64,000 nt of DNA from Convolutriloba macropyga (lineage: Eukaryota), in assembly GCF_964194025.1 (NCBI RefSeq), contig NC_134482.1, positions 5,642,001 through 5,706,000 on the forward strand, given 5' to 3'. Both the position numbers and the translations under genes were made by a program. Under the pieces are notes generated by a model. It was not told the DNA's origin and made no database searches. It worked only from the letters and a program-made list of their open reading frames with translations. Shown one piece after another: positions 38,716-53,039 of the stretch. Numbering within the stretch: position 1 is the stretch's first letter; every line of letters begins with the position of its first letter.

Positions 38716-41700
38716 TAAAATGAATATGTTTCACAAAAAGGTCAGTTGCGCCTCGTACATTTGTTTTCCTATGTGTAGCATTTGCAAAAGTAATGCCAAA
38801 AAAATTTGCCACTGTGTTTATCCATTAAATTTTTCGTAGTTTTTATACATTTAAGGACTAAGTGGTAACCATTTTTTATTCTTGATAGATTAGAAGAAGT
38901 TATAGAAGGACAAAAATCAGAGGCTCTTCGAATGTATAATAATTTTAAAACTCTTTGAAAAATTAAGCAAGAAGTTCAATTTCAAAGCACGTTCCGTATA
39001 ATTGAGCAAAGACGTCCGACAATAAATTGAAATCAGCCTTTTCACTGAAAGAAGATCCAGAACACTGGCATGATGCACTCAACAACACAGATTGAACTCA
39101 AAGCCCTGAAATACCACCCACATCTGTGAGTAATTGACCGCAATTAATTTCTCTTTTTGAGCGATCACATAGTTCCAGAGGGAAAATACACTTAATACAG
39201 TCAAGGATTTCTTCTCTACTGGAACTCATCTCCTCGGGATGACGAAGCACGTAATCTCCACAATTAATCAGAATTCTGTGGAAGAATAAAAAAGAAACAA
39301 AAATTGGAAAAGAATCAGCGTAACCAGGTTAAAAGCGTTTTTTGAACGAAGAAAGCTTGTTTCTTATGGACGTAGTTTATACGGACCTTCCTATAATGGT
39401 GCTAAAGTTCGGCATTGTTGTACTGCAAAAGCTGTTTAATAACAAGTTGAGTTAATGTATTGTTGAAAAAAACTGATTAACTGATTATGAAACGTTTCAA
39501 TAATATAAAAAAATGTGAGATTGAGAAATCAAGAGTTCAACCCGTAGAGAATTGTGTAGAAAATGATTAAATACCCGACCTTCTGAAAATTCGATATCCG
39601 GGTGTTTGCGTTTTATTTGAGCAAGAGGTAAAAAAATTTCATTTTAGATAACTAAATTCTTGAAAATCTTTTAAAAAATTTTGTCAGACAATGTTTGCTA
39701 TTGGCAAACAGTTTTGGATTGTCACAACTGCAGCATTAAATAGACATTTTAAATTTTAACGACTATTACAGTTAACTTACTGCCGCATTGATAGCAGTTG
39801 AACCCCATCCATTACAACAACAATAGCATTAACAACAACAACGTCATAACTAAAAGACGAAAAAAGAAAAGCTGAAAGTTGGTTAGTTGACTCGGGGAGA
39901 AGAAAGCCAGACTAGTAGACCAGAAACAATGAATCCTGTTTAGGATACAAATCTAACCTCAAAATACTCTTTTTACGCAATTAAATCCACTCATTGGTAG
40001 AAAACAGTTCAAAAAAACTAAATCAAAAACAATAGAAGATCAGACTACATAGGAAACTGAAATGTTCCGCGCAAATAGGTTCAGTGAAGTTCAGAGGTTT
40101 TTAAGAAAAGTGAAGAAAGCGCCACCAAATTTTAGTGAAAATTTTTTGGGGTCGAAACACAGCTTTGGACTGCTCAAACAAAGCTCAGCTTTTCATCTAT
40201 TTTTTTTTCAGAATGTATCCCAAAAATTCTAATCAACGCCAATATAAACAATCCTAAAAACTATAAAACTATATTATATATATTATTCTGTTCGGGTGAA
40301 CATATTAGCTTAGTTTTAGAAAAAGTGGACATTAATAAAGGTGAATGTAATGACAGAATGAGTTAATTGAGTAAATTGGTCTTGAAACAGCTATCCAACA
40401 CGTCCAATATCTCACTGAATTCAAGTTTTAAAACAAGCTTCAATAGAAGCAATTTTCATGAGCATTGGAAAGTAAGCACTGTCACACCAGCATTTAAAAA
40501 TGAGAAAAAGACCGCAGTCAAAAACTACCGACCAACAATCTGCCCCTCATATCCATCTAAATCTCTGAAAATGTTATTTTCCACGGTCTCTTTTAGTTTG
40601 TCCCAAAACAAATGCATGATCCACAGATCGGTTTCGGACCAAGCGATCAATATAACCCATTGTTTCTTTAAAAAATCTTTAACTCCAATGACCACTAACT
40701 GACCAAAAAACTAGAAGTTGTCTACATAGACTTTCAGAGAGCTATAGACATAGTACACCACGATAATCTTATCATTAAATTGTCAACTGTTGGATTTGGT
40801 GAAAAAGTGTTAGAAAACATTAGACTATTGTACAAAAGAAAATGAGCACTCCAGAAATTACATTTTTTTTCTTGTTTCTTGAAAGTAACATTTTGAATCC
40901 CAAAAGATCACTTCTTGGGCAACTATTATTTTTTGTTTATATGAATGATCTAACAGTATCAACAGATCACTGTTTTACATATGGTTACGCCGCCCACTAG
41001 AAAATGATCATTAACAGATACAATAAGCTTGAGAATGACTTAAAAAATTCAAACAGTTGGTTTCTACAAAATGACAAGTTTGTCTACGCATAAAAACGTA
41101 GGCTTTTACATCTCGAGAAAAAAGCGGCTATTATGAACCGGTAAATAATCCAAAAAATGTTGGTGCGATAGTCAAAGAACACATTACTTGAAGGGACAAT
41201 GCACATTGTCTCTTAAAGGCAATTGAAACACTCTGGTATCTTCTTCAAGGCAATTCAAGTGGTATCTGAAAAAAATAAAGCAAGTTACACCTCAGTTCCT
41301 AATTAACTAAATGCCTACAATTGCCATGTTCTACACCTTGTAACATAAGCGGATGGAGCTGGTATCCCAAAAATGGCATTTTAGTCACCATAAAAAGATA
41401 ACAAAAAACTCTCTGGTAACCCTTGGTAACCCTATCTTTGGTAACCCTATCGGCTACAAAAAATCAACTTTTAGCCCCTCAAATTTTATCTCGTGCTTTT
41501 TAATTAGAAATGCACAGTCTCCAAATTTATTGTAATATGAGCGCCGGACATTACGATATAGACGCAAAAAAGTATCCTTCTTATCATACACAAAACAAAC
41601 CAAGGAATTAGACATGTCACAACTGCGCACGTCACAAGTCACGATCATCGTAGCAAAAATTAGTTTTTGTAAAAGCGATGAAAGGAACTGCTTTGTAAGA

Positions 41701-41921
41701 ACAAAAACCTTATACAGCATTTTCGCCAGAGCAACAGATTTGAAGACTAAGTCAAAAAAGGAACGAATTAATAACCGCAACTTCAAAATTGTTATTGGAC
41801 GAACCACACGCGTGGACAGATTGCTGCCTCTGTACTATCTGTAACACATTCCTAGCTCATTTAGCTGACAAAGGAGGTCGCGGAACACCCATGGATGTGT
41901 TTAGGAAGATTTCCCTCCAAT

Positions 41922-41980
<59 letters not shown>

Positions 41981-43328
41981 TTACTTCTACTGCTGCTAAT
42001 ACTACCACCAACACTACTACTATAAAATTATTATTACTTCTGCTAAAATGAATATATTTCACACGAAGATCAGCTGCGCCTCGTACATTTGTTTTCCTCT
42101 GTGTAGCATTTGCAAAAGTAATGCCAAAAAATTTCGCCACTGTATTTATCCATAAAAAATTTTCGTAATTTTTATACATTTAAGAACTAAGTGGTAACCA
42201 ATTTTTCTTCTTGATAGATTGGAAAAGTTATAGAAACACAGAAATCCGAGGCTCCTCGAATGTATAATAATTTTAAAACTCGCTGAAAAGTTAAGCAAGA
42301 AGTTATGCAATTTCAAAGCACGTTCAGTATAATTGAGAAAAGACGTCCGACAATAAGTTGAAATCAGCTTTTTCACGAAAAGAAGATCCAGAGCACTGGC
42401 ATGATGCACTCAACAACACAGTTTGAACTCAAAGCCCTGAAACACCAACCACCTGTGTGAGTAATTGACCGCAATTAATTTCTCTTTTTGAGCGATCAAA
42501 TAGTTCCAGAGGGAAGATAAACTTAATACAGTCAAGAATTTCCTCTCTACTGGAACTCTTCTCCTTGAGATGACGAAGCACGTAATCTCCACAATTAACC
42601 AGAATTCTGTGGAAGAATAAAAAAGAAACCAAATTGGATAAGAATCAACGAAACCAAGTCAAAAGCGTAATTTATACGGACCTTCCTATAATGGTTCTCA
42701 AGTTCGGCATTGTTGTACTGCAAAAGCTGTTCAATAACAAGTTGAGTTAGTGTAATGTTGAAAAAAACTGATTAACTCATCATGAAACGTTTCAATAATA
42801 TAAAAAAATGTGAGATTGAGAAATCAAGAGTTCAACCCGTAGAGATATGTGTAGAAAATGATTAAATACCCGACCTTCTGAAATTTCGATATCCGGGTGT
42901 TTGCCTTTTATTTGAGCAAGAGGTAAAAAAATTTCAGTTTATATAACTAAATTCTTGAAAATCTTTTTTAAAAAATTTTGTCAGACAAAGTTTGCTATTG
43001 GCAAACATCTTTGGATTGTCACAACAGCAGCATTAAATAGACATTTTAAATATTAACGACTAGTACAATTAACTTACTGCCGCATTGATAGCAGTTGAAC
43101 CCCATCCATTACAACAATAATAGCGTTAACAACAACAGACTGAGAGACTGGAAGACTGGAATTAAGAAAAGCTGAAATTTCGTTTGTTGACCCGGGGAGA
43201 AGAAAGCAAGACTAGTAGACCAGAATTAATGAATCCTGTTTAGGATACAAATTTAGCCTCAAAATTCTCTTTTTACGCAATTAAATCCACTCATTGTTAG
43301 AAAACAATTTAAAAAAACTATATCAAAA
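36754..43328. repeat. ~3.3-kb tandem duplication inside copy 2 (36754-40028 / 40031-43328)
   Basis: agaagatcagactacatagg recurs at 36754 and 40034; paired ORFs 38070/41353 and 38331/41614. Confidence 0.92.
41922..42038. repeat. Expanded (TAC)n microsatellite, LINE tail
   Basis: About 19 pure units versus about 5 in the three paralogous tails. Confidence 0.9.
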
Positions 43329-46300
43329 GCTAGAAAAATGTTGTACCAGCAAGGTAGAACTCTAAAGAAACGACGACCTAATCAAAGCTTTAGACAGAGA
43401 GGAACTAACAGCTTTTGTTATTTTTTTCCAGGACACCAAATAAACGAGAGATTTAAGTATATTTCTTTGTAGCAGACATTAACAACTTAGTTAGTACGCA
43501 TGAAATTGATGCTGTGGCGGACTTGGTCAGGCAGAGGTATCAGCCAAGTCAAACTATGCTTTACCTATTTAAGAAAACACGCCAGCTTATAGAAGATTAC
43601 CAAAGGATGCAAAAATTATTTAAAGTGGAAAAAAAGAAATAAAGATTTTTTTTTAAAATGACGAATGTTGTGTTATGAAGAAAACAACAAATCAACCAAA
43701 AATGAACAAAATAATGGATTGTGCCATTTTTTTCCTGATATATATTTTTGAGTTTGAGGTGGTCCATAAAAAGAAGAAATTATGAATGCAACTTAGCATG
43801 AAATGAAGAAAGAAGTTATTTTTATCTTATACGAGATAATCCATTAAATAGTCTAAGAAAAATTTATCAAAATTAATTGAGAACAATGGCCTGGAGCTAA
43901 TAAAGAGACCTTGAGTGTGATAGCATGACAAAACCTTGAAGCTATTGAGTTTGAGGTCAATGAGAAAAATTTATCTCTAGGTGTTAAACGTTCATACTCC
44001 AAGTTTCACGTCCCTTAAGCCATCAAAGTTGCCCTGCAATGCTTTTATTCCAATGGCATCCCTACCATTATTGAAAAATCATCCTCTAAGATCCTAATGA
44101 AGTTAGAGAGGTATGTTTACAAAGGTTTGCTTCAACAGTAATGTCAATTATTCTTGTCAAAAAGAGGGTTTAGCAAGGGAGTTCTCTAGAGTGTTATTAT
44201 GGTCATTATTGGGATAAATTTTTTGAAGATGCTACAGTTTACATGAGCTCTGGAGAAACAAAACTTTCACAGCAAAATTTCATTGACTGTTATAAATGTT
44301 GTTTGAAATTGAGGAGCGTTTGACTAGAACAATGGTGAGATATGGTTACGAGTAAAATTTCAAACTATAAGAAAGGAGCAATGCAAAAAATGAAGGATGT
44401 TGCTTTGAAATGCCCTAAAAAAACACATTGAATGGTAACAGGGGGCATTATTTGGAGTGTAAAATACAACCCTAATCTTTACTCCCTAACCAGGAAGTAG
44501 TCGGCATGAAAATTTTGAGTTGGCATTGAAAAAATGGAAAGAATGTGGATAAGTTTTTTTTTGGGTAGGGCAATCTAAGCTTTTTTGGGTAGGACTTCTC
44601 TTATATATGATATGAAAAGCTAACAGGAACAGGATAAATCTTGAATCTCCGTTGCTGCGCACGACTTCAGCATAAAAATCGTGTTGCGAGTACTACCCAC
44701 AGAGTTTTGACTTAAAAGTAACCGGTAGCACATCAATGAGGCCTTAGAACTCAACAAACCAAAATGAGGAAAAACTCAATATCACCATATTTTAAATCAG
44801 TCTATAAAAATCAGACTTTGGTACTTATCTTATTTACGACCGTTTTTCCGGTGCGAGATGATCACTTAATTTCTAGAACGGATTTTGCTCAGCGAAAAAC
44901 TTGTTTAGGCAATAGCCTTACCTTTGCGGCGCGAAATCAAAAGAAAAGCTTAATGTCTGAATTTGAACGGTTTATAGCAGAGGAATGAAAAGTGAAACAC
45001 TTGCCAACCAAAGGTATTGGTGAACCAAAATATTTGATCACGATGCGGCAAGCAAAGCAGGAGTGAACCGACACAAACTGAGACAGCGGGAAATAACAAA
45101 ATGAAATAAATGGTGTACTTGTATGACAGACCGTCTATTGTCTCAATTAAAATTGCACAGTGATGAAATTTTATTACTGATAAAACATTTAGAATATTGA
45201 TAATTTGTCCCCGGTTAAACGTGTATTAAAAAATATTTGCTGGTTATGATAACTAGTGATTGGAAATAAAAAACAAAAGGAACAGTTTTTCATACCAGTT
45301 TTTTTTCAGAATTGTTGTTTGATTCAGCTTCATACGCTGTCTTTGAAAGAACTGCGTCGTGTTTTGGACTCTTGTCATTGTCAAAATCTTCACTCTCTGA
45401 CCTGGAGGCGAGATCTGTTCAAAGACCACCGAGGTACTCAATTTTTCTGGAGCCTGTTCCGCTGTTGCTTGTAATGTTTCAGTAACGGATGTAGAAGGTG
45501 GCTGGACGTTTTCAACGTCTCCAGTTCAGCGTTTTTGTTTTAGTGGGGTGCTGATTAACAAATCTGATGCCTTGTTGAAGATTCCAATACAATTTGAACA
45601 CACTCCTGAACCCATCTGGTTCCTCCGCTTGTTTGTTTTTCCGCATTAATATCATCTGCTTGGGTGGGAGGAACTTGTTGCAATCCAGAGGGAGGTGCTG
45701 TCGAAGTTGACGGTTGTAGTAATGCGCCAGCCGTTTTTTAATTTGAAATGAATGTCGTTCTCTGATGGCTGCGAAATTATCGATTTTTGATAAACGACCT
45801 CGCATTGCGCGTGATATGTACGATTTTAAATAGGATACTCCGCTGCCCTTTTCTCGTCATTTATAATTGAATTTCTTATCTCCTCTGATCTTCCAACTTA
45901 ACTCCTTAACATGACTCTGGATCTTTTCTTGCACCGTTCCTTTTTGGTAAGAGTTCCGCTCAGGTTGGTTGCCAAATTTGGCAATTTCGCTATTGCGTTC
46001 CATCACAATTGATTTACCGGGATCTCTCATCTTGAGGGGATCACTTTCAGAATATTCTAGCCCTGGACAAGGACCTCGTAAATGCCTTCCAGTTTTTTTG
46101 ACTTCTTTTCTCGTGTATTTTCCGAGCACAGTTGAGTTGGTCGTTGCGTTCAGTTAGGGGAATTGGGCGACAAACCATGATTTGCCATTCTCGCTGCTTC
46201 TCTATCGTTTGTTTGCTTCGTGTGTAGCTTTCGTCATTCCCTTCTCGACTTCAGTATCGCTACAATAACCTTGACCCGTTTTTCGCCTGTGAGAATGGCC

Positions 46301-46449
46301 TCTGGGGGAACTGTTTCTTCATCTAATTAGTACTTTATTTTGAATTCAAATGAAAATTTTGGCACAATGTAAACAAATGAATGGGTGGCAACTGTGTTAA
46401 TTATATTTACTGAGTTTTGACCGGGATCATTTAATGTGTTAAATTGCAG

Positions 46450-46860
46450 TGTTGGAACGTGTGTTTCAATTCATAAGTCTATTTGGGATGACGATTGTTT
46501 TACTTTAAATCTAGTGACTTTGCTGATGCAGAAACATGTTTGACTGGTTGACCAGAAATTCCACTTCTTAAACAGATCCTTTTTTTTTTACTTTTTTGGG
46601 TTCGGGTTTTGAGAAAAATAACCCACGATAACCATTTTTGAAAGTTGCATATGTTGAATTGAAATTTGCTACGGCAAAATTCTTTGAACCCAACGGTATA
46701 GACGGCTGTTATAAAAATGGTCGCAACAGCTCTTCTTGAATATAGGAAAAAAACTCTGTGATCCGTAATTACTTTAAACTGTTGTCCGTACAGGTAGGTC
46801 ATGAAATATTCAACATACCAAACTTCTTTTCGCAATTTTAATTAGTTTACGATGTATCCT
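46450..46860 (-). pseudogene. Fragment of another Gypsy pol (RNase H region)
   Basis: YVEYFMTYLYGQQFKVITDHR, then a frameshifted YNSRLYRWVQRILP. Confidence 0.75.
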
Positions 46861-47439
46861 TCTTGGCATGAACTTAGAAATCAAGACGTAAAGGCAACAG
46901 GTTTCCATCCCTTCTACTGGTAACTGTTATAGTGCTGCGCTGAGGCCGGCAAGTGAAGCTTTTTACACGCATTTCGAGTGGCGGGTTATAGTGACAGTTT
47001 TCTGTAGCGTTCGGAATGCGATTTTTTATTTCCCAGAAACAGTTGTCGTGAGTGTCGCTCAAGACAAACTTTACTGATTTGCGTAGCAGAGTGTGTGATG
47101 GATGAATAGTTTAGGCAAGATATTGAGTATTTTTTACAAATTAATGTAATGAAATTTGAATTGGTCAAATTTCTTTAAAGTTTTTGGTGCTTCAAAAGAC
47201 AAAAGGGCAGATTTTTTGCTTATGATTGGCAAAATTCTTGTTTGTGAAAACGATAGCCCCGCTAATCTATTTCTAGTTTTGCATTTAGTTAAATTTACCA
47301 TTTAGATAAACTGTTTCTAAAGTTTTCCTCAACTATTCAACGAAGACAATCAAAGATATACTTTGTGTGCTCGTTCTTTTGTACCCATGCTTACTATTGA
47401 TATGTCAGCTAAAAAACAGTAGGTATTATTTAATACCGG

Positions 47440-48200
47440 CAGTTTTGTAGTCCTTTGCTTATGAAGTCGTACCACTCGGAAACTTTAGAGCTGTTTATCT
47501 AGCCTTAAAGCTAGCTTTGATAAAAACCTCAAATCCCAAGTGGTTTATGAACTCACTTGTGAAGAATGCAAATCAAGCTATGTAGGGCAGATATGCCGAA
47601 TTATTACCACAAGGGTTGCAGAGCATGCCAAGGCGGACTCACCGGTGCAAATACATGCAATTGAGTGCAACAGTGATAAAACAGCTTTCAAGTGTAAGAT
47701 ATTAGACCAGTGCGGCAATCAATCTAAGTTAATAAGTAGCTAAAACAACGAGAGGCGCTTTTTATGAGAACACTGAAATCGGCTACGATTACCGAACATG
47801 AGCATTGAGACTGAAAGTTTAGTTCGGAGACAAAATCCCAACTTGAAAGAGAGACACGTTACAAAACGAAAACGTCAAATCTACAATTGAACAAAGCGAT
47901 GTAAATTCAAGGTAATTTAAGAATGGTGTTTTTATATAAAAACATGTCGAAATGCATCTGCTACATCAAATTGAAAGTTTTTTTATACTCAGATGTAAAA
48001 TTTTGTGGATACGGTTGTAGATATGTAAAAATTCTTTTTTAATTTTTTTGAAGGAGTGGATATTAGTGATTTGCATTTTATTTTCTGGCTTTTCATTTTA
48101 AAATTTTGTTTTCTTTATAACCTGACGATGAACTCAGAGTTCGAAAACGTTCGTAAGAAAATTTTCAATTGACGATCCTTTTTTAAATAATAATATTTTA
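47440..48200 (+). mobile_element. Penelope-like element 3' remnant (GIY-YIG)
   Basis: VVYELTCEECKSSYVGQICRIITTRVAEH...KILDQC; hammerhead motif downstream. Confidence 0.85.
48109..48161 (+). ncRNA. Minimal type I hammerhead ribozyme (PLE-associated)
   Basis: CTGACGA-T-GAACT(cag)AGTTC-GAAA-ACGT-TC; helix I from TTTTCTT..AC / GTAAGAAAA; palindromic ACGT helix III. Confidence 0.7.
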
Positions 48201-48879
48201 GAACTTGAAATTTAGTGTTTTCTTAAGAAATTGTTTGAGCGTTATAGATAATATTCTTTTCTGATTTTGATTTTCATCAGTTTTTCTTTCCTCAGTTTTC
48301 TCTTTGTGAAAGTGTAAGATTGCCTTTTATTTGGTATTAATTTGTTCCAATAGGCCTGTTTTCCTGTATTACAAAATTTTCTCACATTTTTTTGGGGTCG
48401 TAAATAAAAGGAAACATTTTCGGATGCTTTTTGAGTTTCTGTCAAATATTTTTCTCATGTAGATTTGTTTTCGTTTCAAAATATTTTTAATAATCAAACA
48501 GAAATGCTTGATTTCATTCAAGATGGTCAGTTTTCTACTGTGAGTGGCATCCGGAATTCGTCTGGTTGTATTTTAAATTGATTTTGTAACGCCGAAACAA
48601 GAAGTGGAGGGAAAACAAGTGGCCTAAGTTTTAATGTGGATTAACAAAATTGAAATTGAGTTTGAACAAAAATTCGTTTTCTCGCTGGTGGTGTTTTGTT
48701 TACAAAAGACGTTACGACATTGATTTTTAAGTTTTAGTATTTTTTTCGGATTTCTTCTGGTCTGATTATTTTCTAAATGGTTTTTTGCAATCCATTCATA
48801 GTCCATTGTGGATCAGGTTTTTTGTTTAGTGAATCAAAATTCTTTGAATTAACCCAATTGTTGTTTTAAACTTATTAAA

Positions 48880-51800
48880 TAGTCTGCACGTGCACCCGCG
48901 AGGCTATTTATTTCTGTTTCATCTCCTGATTGTCATTATTTTCTGTTATATCAGAGGCTGGACTTTATTTGGTTAGCCCCAGTTAGCAGGGATTTCAGAA
49001 ACTTATAAGCTTCATATTCAACTATGGCAAACGGTGTAGTATTTAACGAACACTTAAGACCTGACTTCCCACATCAAACTTTTGGCGCAATAATTCTTCA
49101 CAATTGTTTGAGCTTGAGTTACATTAGTTTATTTTCTCAGTCAGCATTTGTTTGACTGATTTAATTGTCTTATAGTTATTTATTTAGATAAAAGGACTTA
49201 GATTATTCGATTAATTAGGGCTTATTCAGCGCTTACTGCAGTCTTACACTCGGACTGTATTTATTTTTCCTTCACAATGACGGCTTTATCCCGGCCGCCT
49301 CCCTCATCTGATCCACCAAGCACTGTGTGCATAGGTTTATGTACAGAACAAGAACGCGTTATCTGCGTTCGATGTAAATCTAAATGTGTTTATGGATCGT
49401 ACCTTGGAATTGCTCAGACTACAAGTTGCGTTGGAATGATATTTTCGTCTTGTCCGATATGTTTGCCAACCTTTAAAACAGAGTTATCAGCCCTGATCAA
49501 ATATATGCTCTTGAAGTTAAATTAACTAAATTAGACTCCCTGATTTCTGAAATTCAATCACTCCAGCTGGAGATAAAAGCTCTGAAGGAACTGAATTACC
49601 CGTATCTTAGAGCTGTTTTCAGAAATCCGACTGACAGTACTGCTAGTGATCGTAATTCAAAGAAACAAAAAGCTGAAGGCAAAGAAAACTTAATTGCAGA
49701 CAAAGGGTCTCAAAACAGAAAACGAAAAATGTCAAGACGGACACAAATATTGATCATCAGACGGCTGTCAGTGCAATTAAAGGACCACCGAAAAGACGGC
49801 ATCTCTTCATTGGTCCTTTAAGCAACTCTGTCTCTACGGATGATATAGGAGAATATTGCGAGAAGAAGGGAGTTGATCTACTGTGCCTTCGTGAAATATC
49901 CAGAGACGAATCTCGTCTGAAACCTTTCTATTGTGTATTCAATTTCGACAATGATCAAGTTGAACCTCCTGATTTCTGGCACAAAAATGTTTCGTTTTTA
50001 CAATGTTATTTAAATCAGAGAGCGAGAGAGTGGATGACCACCTTTGATACAAGACTATCTAATTTCAAATCTGTCAATGACCGTGTAAAATTATGTTTAC
50101 ATAATGAAAGATAAGTTTGCAACAAGACCTCCCAAATAAGAAAGCTTATTCACGCTAATGATTTTAGCCTCATAATTCTAACTGAAACATGGATCAAGGA
50201 TAACGCAAAGGTTGAGTTTTATCTCCAGCAGCGTTGCACAAATGGCTTCTATTACTTAAGCGCAAACACAACAGAAAAAAATGGCGGAGGATTAGCGGTG
50301 TTCTATGGAACTTTATTGAACTTTGTTGAAACGCGGAAGTGGCTTTTCTTGAATTTGCTCTGTCAGTGTTTTTTTTTGGTTCGTATATACCGTCGACCAA
50401 ATAATTATGTACGTGTCATTTTAAGTGATTTAACATCGTTTATTGAGGAGAAAGCGCGGTTGTTCAAAAAATTACTTATTGTAGGCGATATCGAAATTTC
50501 AATGCTGCTATCAAATGATGCGTCAAGAAATACGATTTCCTTTTTGGATGAATTCGGTTTGCAACAGGAACTAAGGTGCCTACTCACAAAAGTGGTGGAA
50601 TTTTAGACCAGGTTATTACATCCGATGAGGTTTAAGTATCAGAACCTCTTGTAAGTTTCGTCACAAGCACTCATCATGGATTTGTGCACTTTGACCTTCT
50701 GCAAAAAGCACGAGAGTTTAGCTGTAAAGAAAGCTTCGTGCGAAATTTTGACGTGGTATCGTTTGCAGAAAATATTGTTGCTCCGATCAACAGAGATAAT
50801 CCTGAAAACGTTTCGAACGGTGTTTCAATGAACGAAATCAGCTATGTCGATAAAAACAATCCTCTGAAATTAAATATGTATCAAAAATCATAGGTGCCCT
50901 TTCTTTTACGGTGAGCTAAGAACAAAATTCTCATATCAAGCCGGTTTTTTAGTTCAGTTTTGGAGTAGTTTGAGCTGTTTACCAAAAAGAAAAATGAATA
51001 CCTTGACAAATGTGTCGGTAGTGAAAATAAGCGTGTTAGGTTTTCTATGCTGCAGCAACTCTTGGGAAAAAATAATGTTGTCCTGCCGCAGTCACTAGGG
51101 GCGCCTGAATGTCTAGCAAAGAACTTTAATGCTTTCTTTCTTAAGAAAATAGAAGCCGTATTAGTTTCAATACCTCTAACGAATGGTCTAGAATTGAATG
51201 ATTCTAGCACTGAGCGATTTGCAATTGCTTCTATCAAAAATTTTGAACAGTACGGCACCAAGTGATGTAATACCAACAAGGCAATGTAAAATTGTTTTCA
51301 CAAATTCTCCGGTCAACTTCATTGCGTTAATTAATTTAATTCTTCAGACCGGATGAGTTCAAACAAGGAGTTGTGAGGCCGCTCATAGGGAAGTCTAACC
51401 TTGATTTTGAGTTGTTGTCGAGTTTTTGCCCTGTGGCAAATCTACAATTCCTGTCAAAAATATTAAAAGAGTGGTTTTTGAACCAATTAATTTCTACCTG
51501 GAATCCAATATTCTCTTGAGCAAGTATCAGAGTGCTTTTCGTTGCTCGCATTCAGCGGAAACGGCTTTGTTTAAAGTCTTTAATGATCTTTTTTGCTAGC
51601 TAGACGAGTCGCGATCCGTGATGTACATTGGGTTAGACTTGTCGTTAGCGTTTTGTATTATTGATTGTCAATTTTTGCTTCAAATTTTAGTTAAGAGCAT
51701 TGGTTTGCAATCGGTGGTGTTACTGTTTATTACGAACTATCTTTTGAATCGTTCGCAGCAAAATATCAAAAAAAGATGTTTTTCTGGTGATGTTTTAATT

Positions 51801-52710
51801 AGGACGGGTGTGTTGCGTAAGGACCGGTTCTTGGTCCTTTACATTTTTCCTATTACATGCTGCCTTTAGAAGATCAGCTGAAAGAATTGGGAATAAAGAA
51901 CCATTTCTACGCCGATGATACCGTTATTTTTCGTATTCGGTTTGAACCTCATTCAAGGCATGTTTGATGATATTTTGACCTCAATTCAACGTTGGTCCAG
52001 CAATGCAAAATTGAAGTTTAATGCGGATAAGAGTGAGTATGTGATTATTCGGAAATGTAAAATTGTTAAACATGGTCTGTTACGTCTGCCGTGAGATGGT
52101 GACTACACTGAACAAGTAAAAGCTCTAGATTGTTATATTGGTTGTCAACTTACTCTGAAACGACGGGTCAATTTTGTTTGTTCGAATTCATTTTATGATC
52201 TCCGTAGAGTATGGTTAATTAGTAATCTAGTTAAAACATCAGTCCTAATTGAGTCTATTAGAATTTTAGTATTGCCACGTGTTGACTACTGTAATTCTCT
52301 TTATTGTGGTCTGCCACACTTTTTGTCAGCAAAACTTCAGGGACTAATGAACACTGCCACGCGTTTTATTTTTCGATTGTCGCCGTCAACACCAACTTCG
52401 TCGTACCTGAAGCAGCTTCAATGGTTGCCAATTAGGCAATGCATTGTGTTCAATATCCTTTTGTATGCGCATCGCTTCATACATCAGCCCTAACTCCCAC
52501 CATATTTTTCGGAACTATTGAAATGAAAAACGATGGTTACAAGGTCTCAATTTTTTACAGTTAATATGTTCCCATATTTCGCTCTTATTTTGGAAGGAAT
52601 TAGTTCTCGCTTGCTGTCGCTTTCGAGTGGAATAAACTCGCCTTTGATTTGAAACTTTTACCATCTGAAATTTCATTTAGGCGAAAACTCAAAACTTATC
52701 TGTTTTAATT
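48880..52710 (+). mobile_element. Decayed near-full-length L2/CR1-group LINE (ORF1 with PHD-like and RRM-like parts; ORF2 APE-RT)
   Basis: Cys-rich ORF 49277; RHLFIGPL...PDFW; LIILTETW; YQSAFR..HSAETAL; LDLSLAF; HFYADDT; RVDYCNSL..GLP...LQWLPI; FRRKLKTYLF. 5' boundary approximate. Confidence 0.85.
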
Positions 52711-53039
52711 TACCTGTTGAGATTTTAAATGGTGCTTAAACCAAAAATAATAATTACAATAATACTTGAATTTTGTCGACTTGTCCTGCTATATTCCGCT
52801 GTCAAGATTTTTTCACAACCATATGACGTTAAAAAGCACTTTTTGTTCATTCGGACTTGCAATTTTGACAAAACTTGACTCAGCCTCAATCTCCATAATG
52901 ACTTCCTCACACTCGAATTGATTTTCTGTATTCTTTCAAAGAGATGACGTCAATTGAGTGTCACTCTAATTGAGAGTTATTTAAGAGCTGCTAGTAGAAG
53001 CAGCAAAAAGCTAAACGGATTCTTAATCGGTTATGAAGA

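Larger units (their letters stand above)
23814..46675. repeat. Tandem segmental duplication, copy 2, containing the BEL/Pao insertion and a 3.3-kb internal duplication
   Basis: Begins cattcaaaa...tattctggtacatg as at 8930; ends gctacggc as at 23813. Confidence 0.95.
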
